A DNA stretch of 64,000 nt from Erysipelotrichales bacterium (GCA_036640095.1 JAVWHL010000001.1:4504-68503); one strand, 5' to 3'. Counted from the stretch's first letter, positions 1 through 9,344 are shown. The notes: a model not told the origin generated them from the sequence alone. Made by a program: numbers and translations.

Positions 1-123
1 ATTGAATGCATTACAAAACTCTGGCATATTGATACCTGCTGATGCTAATGCTGGTCCCGGTTTCGCTTGCATTGCTGGAAACTGAATCTTTTTAATTAAA
101 GCTACTTTCTTCTTGTTTTTCAT
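1..123 (-). CDS. rplK: 50S ribosomal protein L11, first 41 codons only (gene runs off the left edge)
   Basis: Reverse-strand ATG at 123..121 follows GGAGGTG. My translation [41 protein letters not shown] matches the conserved L11 N-terminus (PGPALG..G.N..EFC..FN). Confidence 0.85.
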
Positions 124-210
124 TATACACACCTCCTGATTAATATGGTTGTACTGTGGTTTATCGAATATTAAATTCTTCCACAACAATTGCACTTAGT
201 GCACTTATAT

Positions 211-239
211 ATTTTAACTCATTTATAAATGAATTGCAA
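211..239 (-). promoter_or_regulatory. Candidate sigma-A promoter for rplK (TTGCAA-17 nt-TAAAAT)
   Basis: Hexamers read on the minus strand at 234..239 and 211..216 with a 17-nt spacer, about 90 nt upstream of the rplK start. Confidence 0.5.
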
Positions 240-249
240 CACTTTAATA

Positions 250-1095
250 TTATTTTATACTTGCTTCTTTTACAATTAAATCAGCAAGCTCTTGAGAGTA
301 GTAAACTCCATTAATATAGTAACGATCCATTGACTCTGAATTATGAGGAAGATAATTATATAAATCTATCTTTTTATCAGCTAATATATCTTCAGGATAG
401 TTACCCTCTTCTAATTGACTTGCTATACCACAAGATATTAGTTTTCCATATTTTGTTTCACCATTATCTGTATCAGTTTCTTTATCCTTCAAGCATGTAT
501 ATGTGATTGTTCCCTCTTCTTCTCCATCTTTTGTTTCATATTCAATTGATGATTGTGATTCAAGATATCTTTCATTTACTACATAATTCTTTTTATAATC
601 TCCAGAAATATATTTCTTAGTTAATCGATCATATTTAATACGATTCTTTTTAGCATCATTATATAATTTAACAAATTGTTTACTAGTAATTGTGTTTTCA
701 CCACGATAAGTAAGTTTTTCATAGTCTTCTAAAGAATATTCAGTATCATTTTCACCTTTATCTGATAAACTATCATCACTTTCACTAACACCGATAATAA
801 CTAAAGCAATAAACCCAGCAATTAATAAAATACCTATTGTTTTAAATAATGTGTTTAATCCACCATTTGCTTTAGGTGATGTATATTGAGGTCTTGTAGG
901 ACCACTTCCTTCTAAATCACTATTATCATTCATATAATCAGTTTTATTTTGGTTTTGATTCCTATTAGTCTCTCTTTCTTGATTAATCTTTCCATAGTTA
1001 AACTCATCTTCACGCTCAAAGTAATTATCAACGCTCGGTCTTTGTCTACGATATTCTTCTAAATTATCAAAATCATTATCATTTCTTTTAAACAT
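250..1095 (-). CDS. Hypothetical single-pass membrane protein, paralog A (disordered N/D/E/R-rich N-terminus, one TM, two-Cys C-terminal domain)
   Basis: Long ORF. I moved the start to the ATG at 1095 (MFKRNDNDFDNLEEY), which follows GAGGAGG. TM segment is IGILLIAGFIALVIIGV. It shares NAKKNR, SG.YK.N, C..C and YYING.YYS motifs with the neighbouring ORF 1172..1891. Confidence 0.7.
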   Translation of the reverse strand: MFKRNDNDFDNLEEYRRQRPSVDNYFEREDEFNYGKINQERETNRNQNQNKTDYMNDNSDLEGSGPTRPQYTSPKANGGLNTLFKTIGILLIAGFIALVIIGVSESDDSLSDKGENDTEYSLEDYEKLTYRGENTITSKQFVKLYNDAKKNRIKYDRLTKKYISGDYKKNYVVNERYLESQSSIEYETKDGEEEGTITYTCLKDKETDTDNGETKYGKLISCGIASQLEEGNYPEDILADKKIDLYNYLPHNSESMDRYYINGVYYSQELADLIVKEASIK

Positions 1096-1171
1096 AGTAA
1101 ACCTCCTCATTTAATATCAATTTAATGTTATCATTTACACATTACTATTTCAATAAGATACGCATTCTCTT

Positions 1172-1891
1172 CTATTTGATTATTTTATTTGCTAAAGATG
1201 TAGAATAATATGTCCCATTTATATAATACAAATTATTTGATTTATTAGGAGCCTTTAAATACTTATAATAAGTTTCAAAATCCATTTTTAAATCAGTGGG
1301 TAAATTAACATAGTCATAATCATACATTAAACCACAAACTAAAATAGAGCGTTTGTTTTTTTCTGCTTGGCTTTCATTAAAGAAATCTGGCTTATTGTAG
1401 GCACACACATAATTGACAGTATCACCATTTTTTAATTTTATTTCATTTTCAATATTAACATACATCTGATCGATGACATGATTTTCTTTATAATTACCAC
1501 TTTTATAAATTTCATCTTTTTTATCAAAAACAACTCTATTCTTTTTAGCATTCTCATACTCTTCTTTAAACTCTGCTTTTGTTAGTTTCTCATTATTGTA
1601 TGAATACTTTTTATACTGTTTTAATGTTGGAGCATCCTTTTTATCTTTTGCCTCTATTTCCTTATTAGCATCATCTTTACTAGTAAACATTCGATACATA
1701 CCACCAACTATTCCAAATAATATAAATATACTAACTATAGTATATTTAGTTTTACTAAAGATTCTAGTGAATTCTCTAAAATTATTTTCTTCGTGTTTAA
1801 CATTACTTCTAGTTTTATCTTCTTTGCTAGATTCATTACTTTTTTTATATTCACTTACCTCATCAAAATCATTATTATTTCTATTTAACAT
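1172..1891 (-). CDS. Hypothetical single-pass membrane protein, paralog B
   Basis: Same architecture and C-terminal motifs as 250..1095 (MLNRNNNDFDEVSEY..., TM IVSIFILFGIVGGMY, ...LYYINGTYYSTSLANKIIK). Confidence 0.7.
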   Translation of the reverse strand: MLNRNNNDFDEVSEYKKSNESSKEDKTRSNVKHEENNFREFTRIFSKTKYTIVSIFILFGIVGGMYRMFTSKDDANKEIEAKDKKDAPTLKQYKKYSYNNEKLTKAEFKEEYENAKKNRVVFDKKDEIYKSGNYKENHVIDQMYVNIENEIKLKNGDTVNYVCAYNKPDFFNESQAEKNKRSILVCGLMYDYDYVNLPTDLKMDFETYYKYLKAPNKSNNLYYINGTYYSTSLANKIIK

Positions 1892-1946
1892 CTTAATAAC
1901 TCCAATCTTCCGTCAAAAAAAAGCAATTATTAATTGCTTTAATCTA

Positions 1947-2474
1947 CTATATTTTCTTTACTTGGTTGATTGCTAGCTCAGTTGGTGTTTCACGACCAAA
2001 GACACTAATTAATACATCAACACTTTCTTTAGTTAAATCGATATTTTGAACGATACCTTCATTACCTTCAAATGGACCAGTTAAAACAGCAACACGATCA
2101 CCAACTGCATACTCTACACTGATTTCGTTTAATCCCATTTGATATAGAATATCATTAATTTCTTCATCCATTAATGGAATTGGTTTAGCACCACCACCAC
2201 TTGAACCGACAAATCCAGTAACATTTGGTGTATTACGCACAATATACCAAGCTTCATCAGTGATATCCATTTGGATTAAAACATATCCTGGGAAGATTTT
2301 TTTCTTTTTAATCTTACCATCAACTGTTTTCTCTTCAACTTCGGGAACGATTACACGTTCAATAATTTCTTGAAGTCCCATAGATTCAACACGACGTTCT
2401 AAATATTCTTGTACTTTATTCTCATATCCTGAATATGTTGTTACAACATACCATTGTTTTTCATTAGCTCCCAT
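1947..2474 (-). CDS. nusG: Transcription termination/antitermination factor NusG
   Basis: 175 aa. WYVV.T.SG.E..V N-terminus, KOW-type C-terminus (GD.V.V..GPF.G..G.V) and the conserved secE-nusG-rplK neighbourhood. Confidence 0.95.
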   Translation of the reverse strand: MGANEKQWYVVTTYSGYENKVQEYLERRVESMGLQEIIERVIVPEVEEKTVDGKIKKKKIFPGYVLIQMDITDEAWYIVRNTPNVTGFVGSSGGGAKPIPLMDEEINDILYQMGLNEISVEYAVGDRVAVLTGPFEGNEGIVQNIDLTKESVDVLISVFGRETPTELAINQVKKI

Positions 2475-2475
2475 A

Positions 2476-2649
2476 TTAAATACCTGCAGCTCCCATTATA
2501 TAGTTAATTAGAATATCCATTACAAAGAATAGTGCAGCAAATACTACCATTACTCCAAGTACATTTAATGTCATCTTTGTTAGTTCTTCTTTATTAGGCC
2601 AAATAACACGTTTTGCCTCACTGATTACACCTTTAAAATATGCTTTCAT
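2476..2649 (-). CDS. secE: Preprotein translocase subunit SecE (57 aa, not in the ORF track)
   Basis: My translation is MKAYFKGVISEAKRVIWPNKEELTKMTLNVLGVMVVFAALFFVMDILINYIMGAAGI. It has the E.K.V.WP motif and a single TM, sits between rpmG and nusG, and its stop lies 1 nt before the nusG ATG. Confidence 0.85.
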   Translation of the reverse strand: MKAYFKGVISEAKRVIWPNKEELTKMTLNVLGVMVVFAALFFVMDILINYIMGAAGI

Positions 2650-2664
2650 GTAACTTCCACCTTT

Positions 2665-2814
2665 CTATTTGCTCTCTTTATGTAATGTATGTTCATTACA
2701 ACGAGGACAATGTTTCTTTAATTCTAAACGCTTATTATGCGTATTTTTGTTTTTATGAGTTGTATAGTTTCTAGAGTAACATTTCTCACAAACTAAAATT
2801 ACTTTTTCTTTCAT
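2665..2814 (-). CDS. rpmG: 50S ribosomal protein L33
   Basis: [49 protein letters not shown] carries the Cys4 zinc-ribbon L33 signature. I trimmed the start to the ATG after GGAAGGTGA. Confidence 0.9.
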
Positions 2815-2925
2815 ATTATCACCTTCCATGACAAAATAAAAAAGACTCTTTTGCCTTCTATACCATTTTACCATAAGATATTATCCATTGCAAGAAATCA
2901 CTTAGTAAAATAATTATATTTATAT

Positions 2926-2952
2926 AAAAAAAAGATTAGCATATGCTAACCT
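2926..2952 (-). terminator. Intrinsic terminator after the cold-shock gene
   Basis: Minus strand reads GGTTAGC-ATAT-GCTAATC followed by T8. Confidence 0.7.
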
Positions 2953-2960
2953 TTTAAAAA

Positions 2961-3164
2961 TTAAATTTTTTCAATATTTTCAGCTTGAGGTCCTTTGTCA
3001 GTTTCTACTACATTATAACTAACTTTGTCGCCTTCGTCTAAAGTTTTGAATCCGTCACCTTCGATTTGGCTAAAATGTGCAAAAACATCTTTTCCGTCTT
3101 CTCCAGATATAAATCCAAATCCTTTATCTGATTTAAACCATTTTACTGTTCCAGTTACTTTCAT
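2961..3164 (-). CDS. Cold-shock protein (CspA family)
   Basis: 67 aa. G.VKWF...KGFGFI (RNP1) and DVFAHFS (RNP2) motifs. Confidence 0.95.
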
Positions 3165-3717
3165 TGATAAACATCTCCTTTCACTAGATTTTAGAAATGT
3201 TTATTTGTAACTATTAAACTATTTGATGTATAAACCTTACATTAAAAACACTTAAAAAATTAATAAATATTCATTTCTACTATATTATACTACATCCATA
3301 TAAATAAAACTAGACAATTTGTGAATTAAATTATTTTATTACAAGTTTATCGTATTTGTTGATTTATATATTTCTAAGCTAGCTAGCTGATATATATTCA
3401 ATAATTTTAATAATCTTATCAAATTCGATTAGATTCATATAATTACTTTTAAAATATACTGATTAATATAATCATTAAAGAATAGAGTTCCTTTTTAAAT
3501 GATGTGAACAATTATTGAACCAAGAGGGTTAGAAGCTGCTTTATACTTTAGATAGGCAGTTGAACCTCCAGATTCAATTAATACTGTTTTTTCTAAATAA
3601 TCACATATTAACTAATTAGCGTGCTTAGACTACCAATTATCTAAAAAATGAATCTAATGGATTGAAATAAATAATATCACTTAAATTTACTAAGCTCATA
3701 TTAAAAATTCTTTTAAT

Positions 3718-4311
3718 TTAATTTCTTTCTAATACTAATTTCTTATATTTTTGAACAGTATTATCAATCTTCTTTTTTGATACAGACAATTTACCTGCAA
3801 TTTCTTCATATCGATATCCAAGTAAATATTGATTAATTATTTTTAATTCTAATTCATTCAATTTCTTTTCCAATCTTTTAAGCGTTTTATCAACAAGATA
3901 ATTATTATAAACTTGTTCACTTACACACAATTCATTATTTGGAATAATACTATACAAATCAATATCTTCATTAGTAGGTGAAGAGTCCAAAGACATTGCA
4001 AGAGCATGCCCTTTATTCTTATTACTAGAAAGAGTTCTGATTAAATACATATATCTTCTTTTTAAACATGATAAATAATACGAAGAAAACTTTACATTAA
4101 ATTCTTCTCGATAATTAAAAACAGACTCATACAATAAGATTAATGCTTCATTATATAAATCGCTATCTTCCATTGAAAAAAAGAAGTAATTCTTTTTAAA
4201 TAAGTTAATAATATAGTAGATATATCTCTCATACTTATTAGCTAGCAATTCAAAACTAGCTTCATTCATTTGATAACAATAATATAATAATTCATAATCA
4301 TTTAATTGCAT
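3718..4311 (-). CDS. RNA polymerase sigma-70 family factor, SigH-like by position
   Basis: 197 aa with region-2-like and C-terminal HTH-like (YRYEEIAGKLSVSKKKIDNTVQ) segments. It lies between rlmB and rpmG/secE/nusG, where Bacillus carries sigH. Confidence 0.7.
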   Translation of the reverse strand: MQLNDYELLYYCYQMNEASFELLANKYERYIYYIINLFKKNYFFFSMEDSDLYNEALILLYESVFNYREEFNVKFSSYYLSCLKRRYMYLIRTLSSNKNKGHALAMSLDSSPTNEDIDLYSIIPNNELCVSEQVYNNYLVDKTLKRLEKKLNELELKIINQYLLGYRYEEIAGKLSVSKKKIDNTVQKYKKLVLERN

Positions 4312-4320
4312 GAGTCCTCC

Positions 4321-5037
4321 TTATTGATGACGATTGCTATTAATTTGATAAAGAATAATTGCTGTACTGACTGCTGCATTTAAACTTGATACATTTCCAT
4401 ACATAGGAAGTTTAACTACAAAGTCTGATTCTTTATTCAATTGCATTGAAATACCTTTTCCTTCTGAACCGATTATTAATGCAACTTTCATTTTATAATC
4501 AACTTGATCATATAAGACATCAGTATCCATATCAGCACTAACAACCCAATAACCATTGTCTTTTAATTTCTTTACAACAGCTCTAAGATTAGTCTCTTGA
4601 GCTATAGAAACTTCATTAATAGCTCCAGTACTTACTTTTGCTACTGTTGGATTAACACTTACACTTCTATTTTTAGGAATTACAATTCCAGATATATTAA
4701 GCGCTTCACCTGTTCTAATTATAGAGCCAAAGTTTTGCGGATCTTCTAATCCATCTAGTATAACAACAACACTATTTTCATTATCTTGGTTTTTACTGAT
4801 TATTTCATCAACATTAGTGTAAGTATATTCAAAGCCTTTAGCTATAACCCCTTGATGATTCTTACCTTTTGCTAGTTTTTCTAATTCATTACTTTCAACA
4901 AACTTTAAAACTTGATTATTATTTCTTAAGTAATCAATATAATTTTTATCTTTAAAGCCTTTTTGTAAATAAATTACTTCTAAATTAGTTTTTGATTCAA
5001 CTAATCCTTTAATTGTATTCTTACCATAATAGTACAT
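4321..5037 (-). CDS. rlmB: 23S rRNA (guanosine-2'-O)-methyltransferase, SpoU/TrmH family (RlmB/YacO-like)
   Basis: 238 aa. SpoU motifs (DPQNFGSIIRT, LIIGSEGKGIS, LNAAVSTAI) and cysS-mrnC-rlmB synteny. Confidence 0.85.
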   Translation of the reverse strand: MYYYGKNTIKGLVESKTNLEVIYLQKGFKDKNYIDYLRNNNQVLKFVESNELEKLAKGKNHQGVIAKGFEYTYTNVDEIISKNQDNENSVVVILDGLEDPQNFGSIIRTGEALNISGIVIPKNRSVSVNPTVAKVSTGAINEVSIAQETNLRAVVKKLKDNGYWVVSADMDTDVLYDQVDYKMKVALIIGSEGKGISMQLNKESDFVVKLPMYGNVSSLNAAVSTAIILYQINSNRHQ

Positions 5038-5038
5038 A

Positions 5039-5410
5039 TTATTTAAACCTCTCTAATATTAAAAGTATCAATTCATCAATTCTATCTTCTTGCTTAGTAA
5101 CATATAAATGACCTATTACTGATTCAAAACCAGTTGAAGCATGATAAAATTTAGGATTAAAATTCTTTCTTCTTTGATTTACTTTAGCATTACGTCCTCT
5201 TTTATAAACATTTAATTCTTCTTCATTAAAAATATCTTCTTCAAGAATATATTCCATAATATTAAAATGAGCTTGTGCTGAAGCAAAAGAAGAACATTTT
5301 TGTTGTAAGTCCTTCACTTTTGCTAAACCACTATTTATAAAGTATTCTCTAATTTTAAGTTCAAAAACACTATCACCAATAAATGCTAAAACTAAACTAC
5401 TATATTCCAT
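5039..5410 (-). CDS. mrnC: Mini-ribonuclease 3
   Basis: 123 aa. LAFIGD.V.EL motif. The start overlaps the cysS stop (TAATG), as in Bacillus cysS-mrnC. Confidence 0.85.
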   Translation of the reverse strand: MEYSSLVLAFIGDSVFELKIREYFINSGLAKVKDLQQKCSSFASAQAHFNIMEYILEEDIFNEEELNVYKRGRNAKVNQRRKNFNPKFYHASTGFESVIGHLYVTKQEDRIDELILLILERFK

Positions 5411-6741
5411 TAAAGAATACCTTTAGCCACTAATGCATCTCTTAGTTTATCTGCTTTATCGAAATCTTTATTTGCTTTAGCTTCATTCCATTCATTATAA
5501 GTATTAATATCCTCATCACTTATTTTGCTTAGTTCAATAAATATTCCTAAGATTTCTAACATTTTTTCTAAACTATTTTTTAGTTGTGCTAAAGAAGTCA
5601 CATCAACATCTTTACTTCGAACAACTTGATTAATTTTCTTAAGTGTATCAAATACTACTTTTAAAGCATTTGATGTATTTAAATCATCATCCATATATTT
5701 TGAAAATTCATCCATAATTTCTTTATTTAGTGAATCATCTGTATTCTTATTGATTGCTAAAATAAGATTTGCTTGTTTTAATGCTGTTTCTAATTTTGCA
5801 AGTTCTTTTCTAGTTGTTTCAATTAACTCTTCACTAAAGTTTAAAGGAGCACGATAATGAGTTGACATCATTGCTAATCTAAAAACATTCGAACCAATTT
5901 GAGCAATTACATCTTTAGCCCATTTAACATTACCAAGTGATTTTGACATTTTTTCATCATCAACATTGATAAATCCATTATGCATCCAGTAATTAGCAAT
6001 ATTATGATGGAAGCAACCATTTGCTTGTGCAATTTCATTTTCATGATGAGGGAATTTAAGGTCCATTCCACCACCATGGATATCAATCATTTCACCTTCA
6101 TTAATAGTAGAAATCATAACAACACACTCTGTATGCCATCCAGGTCTTCCAGTTGACCATTTAGTTTCCCAATTAATTCCATCTTCTGTTTTCTTCCATA
6201 AAGTAAAGTCTAACGGATTCTCTTTATCTTTATTTTCTTCAATACGAGCTCCTACTTGTAAATCGTCTATATTTAAGTTAGATAATTTTCCATAGTCTTC
6301 TAATTTATCTACTCTAAAATATACATCACCATTAACTTCGTAAGCATAATCAGCAATTATTAATTTATCTATGAAATCAATAATCTCATCCATGTATTCA
6401 GTTACACGAGGTCTATAATCTGGCATAATTGTATTTAATGATTTGCGATCATTTTCATATGCTTCAATAAACTTATCTGCTACTTCTTTTTCTGTTTTAC
6501 CTAATTGTTTTGCAGCATTAATAATTTTATCATCTACATCAGTATAATTAGAGATAAATTTTACTTCATTACCTTTGTATTCAAAGTATCTTCTTAAAGT
6601 ATCAAAAACAACTACTGGTCTAGCATTACCAATGTGAATATAATTATATACAGTTGGTCCACAAATATAAATACTTACTTTACCTTCATGGATTGGTTTA
6701 AATTCTTCTTTTTTATTTGTCATACTATTATATATTTTCAT
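5410..6741 (-). CDS. cysS: Cysteine--tRNA ligase
   Basis: HIGN (HIGH) and KMSKS motifs plus the Zn-binding CGPTVY motif. I trimmed the start to the ATG at 6741 (MKIYNSMTNKKEEF) after GAAAGGATGA. Confidence 0.95.
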   Translation of the reverse strand: MKIYNSMTNKKEEFKPIHEGKVSIYICGPTVYNYIHIGNARPVVVFDTLRRYFEYKGNEVKFISNYTDVDDKIINAAKQLGKTEKEVADKFIEAYENDRKSLNTIMPDYRPRVTEYMDEIIDFIDKLIIADYAYEVNGDVYFRVDKLEDYGKLSNLNIDDLQVGARIEENKDKENPLDFTLWKKTEDGINWETKWSTGRPGWHTECVVMISTINEGEMIDIHGGGMDLKFPHHENEIAQANGCFHHNIANYWMHNGFINVDDEKMSKSLGNVKWAKDVIAQIGSNVFRLAMMSTHYRAPLNFSEELIETTRKELAKLETALKQANLILAINKNTDDSLNKEIMDEFSKYMDDDLNTSNALKVVFDTLKKINQVVRSKDVDVTSLAQLKNSLEKMLEILGIFIELSKISDEDINTYNEWNEAKANKDFDKADKLRDALVAKGIL

Positions 6742-6759
6742 AATTATCATCCTTTCAAT

Positions 6760-6975
6760 AATAAAAAGCAATTCATAGAGGCACAAAGGCACGGTTCCAC
6801 TCTACTTGAATTGCTTCAACTCTAATCTTTAACGCAGAATTACGTTTTTTGCTACTTAGTTCACAAAAACTCAAGTGAAGGCATTCAATATGTTTGTTAT
6901 AAATCTTTACACCAACCAGATTCTCTCTTTAATAATCTTTAATATTTACTATTTTCACCTATAATTTTACTATAC
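6760..6975 (-). promoter_or_regulatory. T-box leader (tRNA-sensing attenuator) of cysS with a candidate UGC (Cys) specifier
   Basis: - Stem I start: AGAGAGAATCTGGTTGGTG.
- Candidate specifier context: GAA-TGC-C (TGC at 6881..6883).
- T-box core: AGAGTGGAACCGTGCC, about 6783..6805.
- Terminator: AAGCAATTCA...TGAATTGCTT followed by TTTTATT, directly before the cysS RBS.

All are read on the minus strand. Confidence 0.8.
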
Positions 6976-6981
6976 TACTTA

Positions 6982-7010
6982 ATTATAACAAGATAGTATC
7001 TAATATGCAA
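6982..7010 (-). promoter_or_regulatory. Sigma-A promoter of the cysS T-box leader (TTGCAT-17 nt-TATAAT)
   Basis: Near-consensus hexamers on the minus strand at 7005..7010 and 6982..6987. Confidence 0.65.
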
Positions 7011-7020
7011 TTAGTAAGTT

Positions 7021-7491
7021 CTATTCCCAACCCTTACCTATATCAATCCAACCTTTAAAATTAGAATATTCCATTAATTCACTAAGATTAAGTTTTATTA
7101 GAGTTTTTACATCACCACAACCTGGATAGACAAAATCATTTCTTTTTAATGAGATATCTAGGAAGACATCTATTTCATTATTATCTAAATCAAAAGGACA
7201 TATACCCCCAATTGGATACCCAGTTAATTTAGTTGCTTCTTCTAAATCTAGCATCTTTGATTTAATTTTAAATGTTTTTCTAAACTTATTACTATCAATC
7301 TTAGCATCTCCTGCCATAACAATTAAAGCAGGTTTTTCATTGGTTCTAAAAGTAAGTGATTTAGCAATCTGAGATAATGATACATTAATTGCACTAGCAG
7401 CCTCTGGAGCTGATGCAGTTGATTCCTCCATCACTAAAATACGATCTCTTAGATTATGTTGTTCAAAAAATTCTATTGCCTTATTAAACAT
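7021..7491 (-). CDS. YbaK/EbsC-family aminoacyl-tRNA deacylase domain protein
   Basis: 156 aa. Motifs typical of the YbaK/ProRS-associated editing domain (IAKSL.F, ..VMAGD.K.D..K, GYPIGGICPF). Confidence 0.7.
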   Translation of the reverse strand: MFNKAIEFFEQHNLRDRILVMEESTASAPEAASAINVSLSQIAKSLTFRTNEKPALIVMAGDAKIDSNKFRKTFKIKSKMLDLEEATKLTGYPIGGICPFDLDNNEIDVFLDISLKRNDFVYPGCGDVKTLIKLNLSELMEYSNFKGWIDIGKGWE

Positions 7492-7551
7492 TAGAAAACC
7501 TCCTTAATATTAATACATATTCTAACATATTAAAATATAGATATGAAGAAC

Positions 7552-7577
7552 AAAAAAAGCTAACCGTAGTTAGCTTA
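7552..7577 (-). terminator. Intrinsic terminator after the SDR gene
   Basis: Minus strand reads AAGCTAAC-TACG-GTTAGCTT followed by T7. The stem overlaps the stop codon. Confidence 0.7.
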
Positions 7578-8330
7578 CTTTTTATAATTAATAAATCCGT
7601 TACCTTGTTGATTAGCAAGTAAAGATAATTCGCCAATTTGAACTCTTCGTGGTTGGTTAATAACAAACCACACTGCATCAGCAACATCTTCTGGTTGTAA
7701 TGCTTCAATTCCTTGGTATACTTTATCTGCTTTAGCTTTATCACCTTTAAAGCGAATTAAACTAAAATCGGTTTCAACAAGACCTGGCATAATATTGGTA
7801 ACCTTAACATCACTTGCCATAACATCTACTCTGATACCATCAGATAATGTTTCAATAGCTGCTTTTGAAGCACAATAAACACTACCATTAGGATAAGCAT
7901 ATTGACCTGCAATAGAACCAATATTAATTATGATACCATGATTGTTTGTAACCATTGAAGGTAATAAAAGATTTGAAAGTAAAGCTACTGCTTTAACATT
8001 TGTATCTAACATTGTAATAATATCATTTGGATTATATTCTTGAAATGGTACTAAATCAAGAGCAAGTCCAGCATTATTAATTAAGGTATCAACCTTGATA
8101 TCTTTTTCTTTTATATTATAAACAAATGTTTTCATTGCTTCATAATCACTTAAATCAAGTGCTTCACAATAAACCACAGAATCGCCTAGTTCACTAGATA
8201 ATTTATTTAGTTTAGCATTATTACGCCCACTTAGGATTACTTTCATTCCATTAGCTACTAAGTTATGTGCAATCGCACTACCAATACCACCTGTAGCACC
8301 TGTAATCAAGGCTACTTTATAACTGTTCAT
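7575..8330 (-). CDS. Short-chain dehydrogenase/reductase (YdfG-like NADP-dependent)
   Basis: TGATGGIGSAIA cofactor motif, NNAG, and the Y..SK catalytic motif (YCASKAA). Confidence 0.85.
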   Translation of the reverse strand: MNSYKVALITGATGGIGSAIAHNLVANGMKVILSGRNNAKLNKLSSELGDSVVYCEALDLSDYEAMKTFVYNIKEKDIKVDTLINNAGLALDLVPFQEYNPNDIITMLDTNVKAVALLSNLLLPSMVTNNHGIIINIGSIAGQYAYPNGSVYCASKAAIETLSDGIRVDVMASDVKVTNIMPGLVETDFSLIRFKGDKAKADKVYQGIEALQPEDVADAVWFVINQPRRVQIGELSLLANQQGNGFINYKK

Positions 8331-8334
8331 TTTC

Positions 8335-9303
8335 TTAACAGAAGTTTTGAGAAGCAGTTACAATACAAAGTTCATAAACATCTTCTTTAGTACACCCTCT
8401 AGATAAATCATTGATTGGTGCATTAAGTCCTTGTAAGATTGGACCTAAAGCATTCATTTTACCTAAACGTTGTCCAATTTTATATCCGATGTTTCCTGAT
8501 TGTAAATCTGGGAAAATAAATGTATTAGCACGACCTGCAACACTTGAACCTGGAGCTTTTAAATCTCCTACTGTTCTTGAGAATGCAGCATCAAATTGGA
8601 ATTCTCCATCATATGCAAAATCAACGTTTAATTCGTCCATTTTACTTACAGCTTCAGCTACTTTAGTAACATCTTCACCTTTTCCACTACCTTTAGTTGA
8701 ATAAGATAAGAATGCTACTTTAGGATCGATATTGAACATTCTAGCAGTTGCTGCACATTCAGTAGCGATTTCACATAAATCATCTGCACTAGGATCAATA
8801 TTAATTGCACAATCTCCCATAATGTAACGTTGTGTTTTATCATATACTACGAAACATGAAGAAACAATTTTTGCTCCTGGTTTTGTTTTAACTAATTGTA
8901 ATGCTGGTCTTACTGTATCTGCAGTTGAATAAGTTGCTCCACCTACTAAACCATCAGCAAGTCCCATTTTAACTAACATTGTACCAAAGTAATTTGATGA
9001 TTTTAACATCTCTTTACATTGTTCAATTGTTTGTTTACCTTTTCTAATATCAAACATTGTTTGAGCCATTTCATCCATTGCATCATATGTTTCAATATTA
9101 ATGATTTCACATCTACTTAAATTCCATGATTTTTCTAATGCTAAATCATGCATACGAGCTGAATTACCAACTAAAACAGGAACTACTAAATCTTCAGCTG
9201 CTAATTTTACTGCAGCACCTAAAACTCTTTCATCTTCGCCCTCTGTTAAAACTATTTTTAACTTTTTACCTCTAATTAAATCTTTAATTTTGTCTAATAA
9301 CAT
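8335..9303 (-). CDS. pta: Phosphate acetyltransferase
   Basis: 322 aa. Pta-type motifs (IVLTEGEDERVL, GLADGLVGGA, SYSTKGSG, NTFIFPDLQSGNIGYK). Confidence 0.9.
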   Translation of the reverse strand: MLLDKIKDLIRGKKLKIVLTEGEDERVLGAAVKLAAEDLVVPVLVGNSARMHDLALEKSWNLSRCEIINIETYDAMDEMAQTMFDIRKGKQTIEQCKEMLKSSNYFGTMLVKMGLADGLVGGATYSTADTVRPALQLVKTKPGAKIVSSCFVVYDKTQRYIMGDCAINIDPSADDLCEIATECAATARMFNIDPKVAFLSYSTKGSGKGEDVTKVAEAVSKMDELNVDFAYDGEFQFDAAFSRTVGDLKAPGSSVAGRANTFIFPDLQSGNIGYKIGQRLGKMNALGPILQGLNAPINDLSRGCTKEDVYELCIVTASQNFC

Positions 9304-9344
9304 ATTATACTTCCTCCATTCATTTAATATTATATCTTTTTTAC

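Noticed and set aside
6742-6792. N-terminal extensions suggested by the ORF track for several genes:
- cysS (6742..6792)
- rplI (19050..19091)
- rpsF (22110..22118)
- rpmG (2815..2874)
- asd (30420..30449)
- amidohydrolase (37759..37827)
- surface protein (51837..51926)
- LRR protein (48635..48673)
- Pmp-like protein (56688..56750)
- dedA (57863..57895)
- nifK-like gene (42974..42994)
   Set aside because: In each case a downstream ATG, GTG or TTG has a proper Shine-Dalgarno at 6-10 nt and restores the conserved family N-terminus or signal peptide. The extension would run through the RBS, a T-box or a terminator.
7484-7744. 86-aa same-strand ORF overlapping the 3' end of the SDR gene and the intergenic terminator
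   Set aside because: It is out of frame with the SDR gene, spans an intrinsic terminator, and has no RBS or recognisable motifs.
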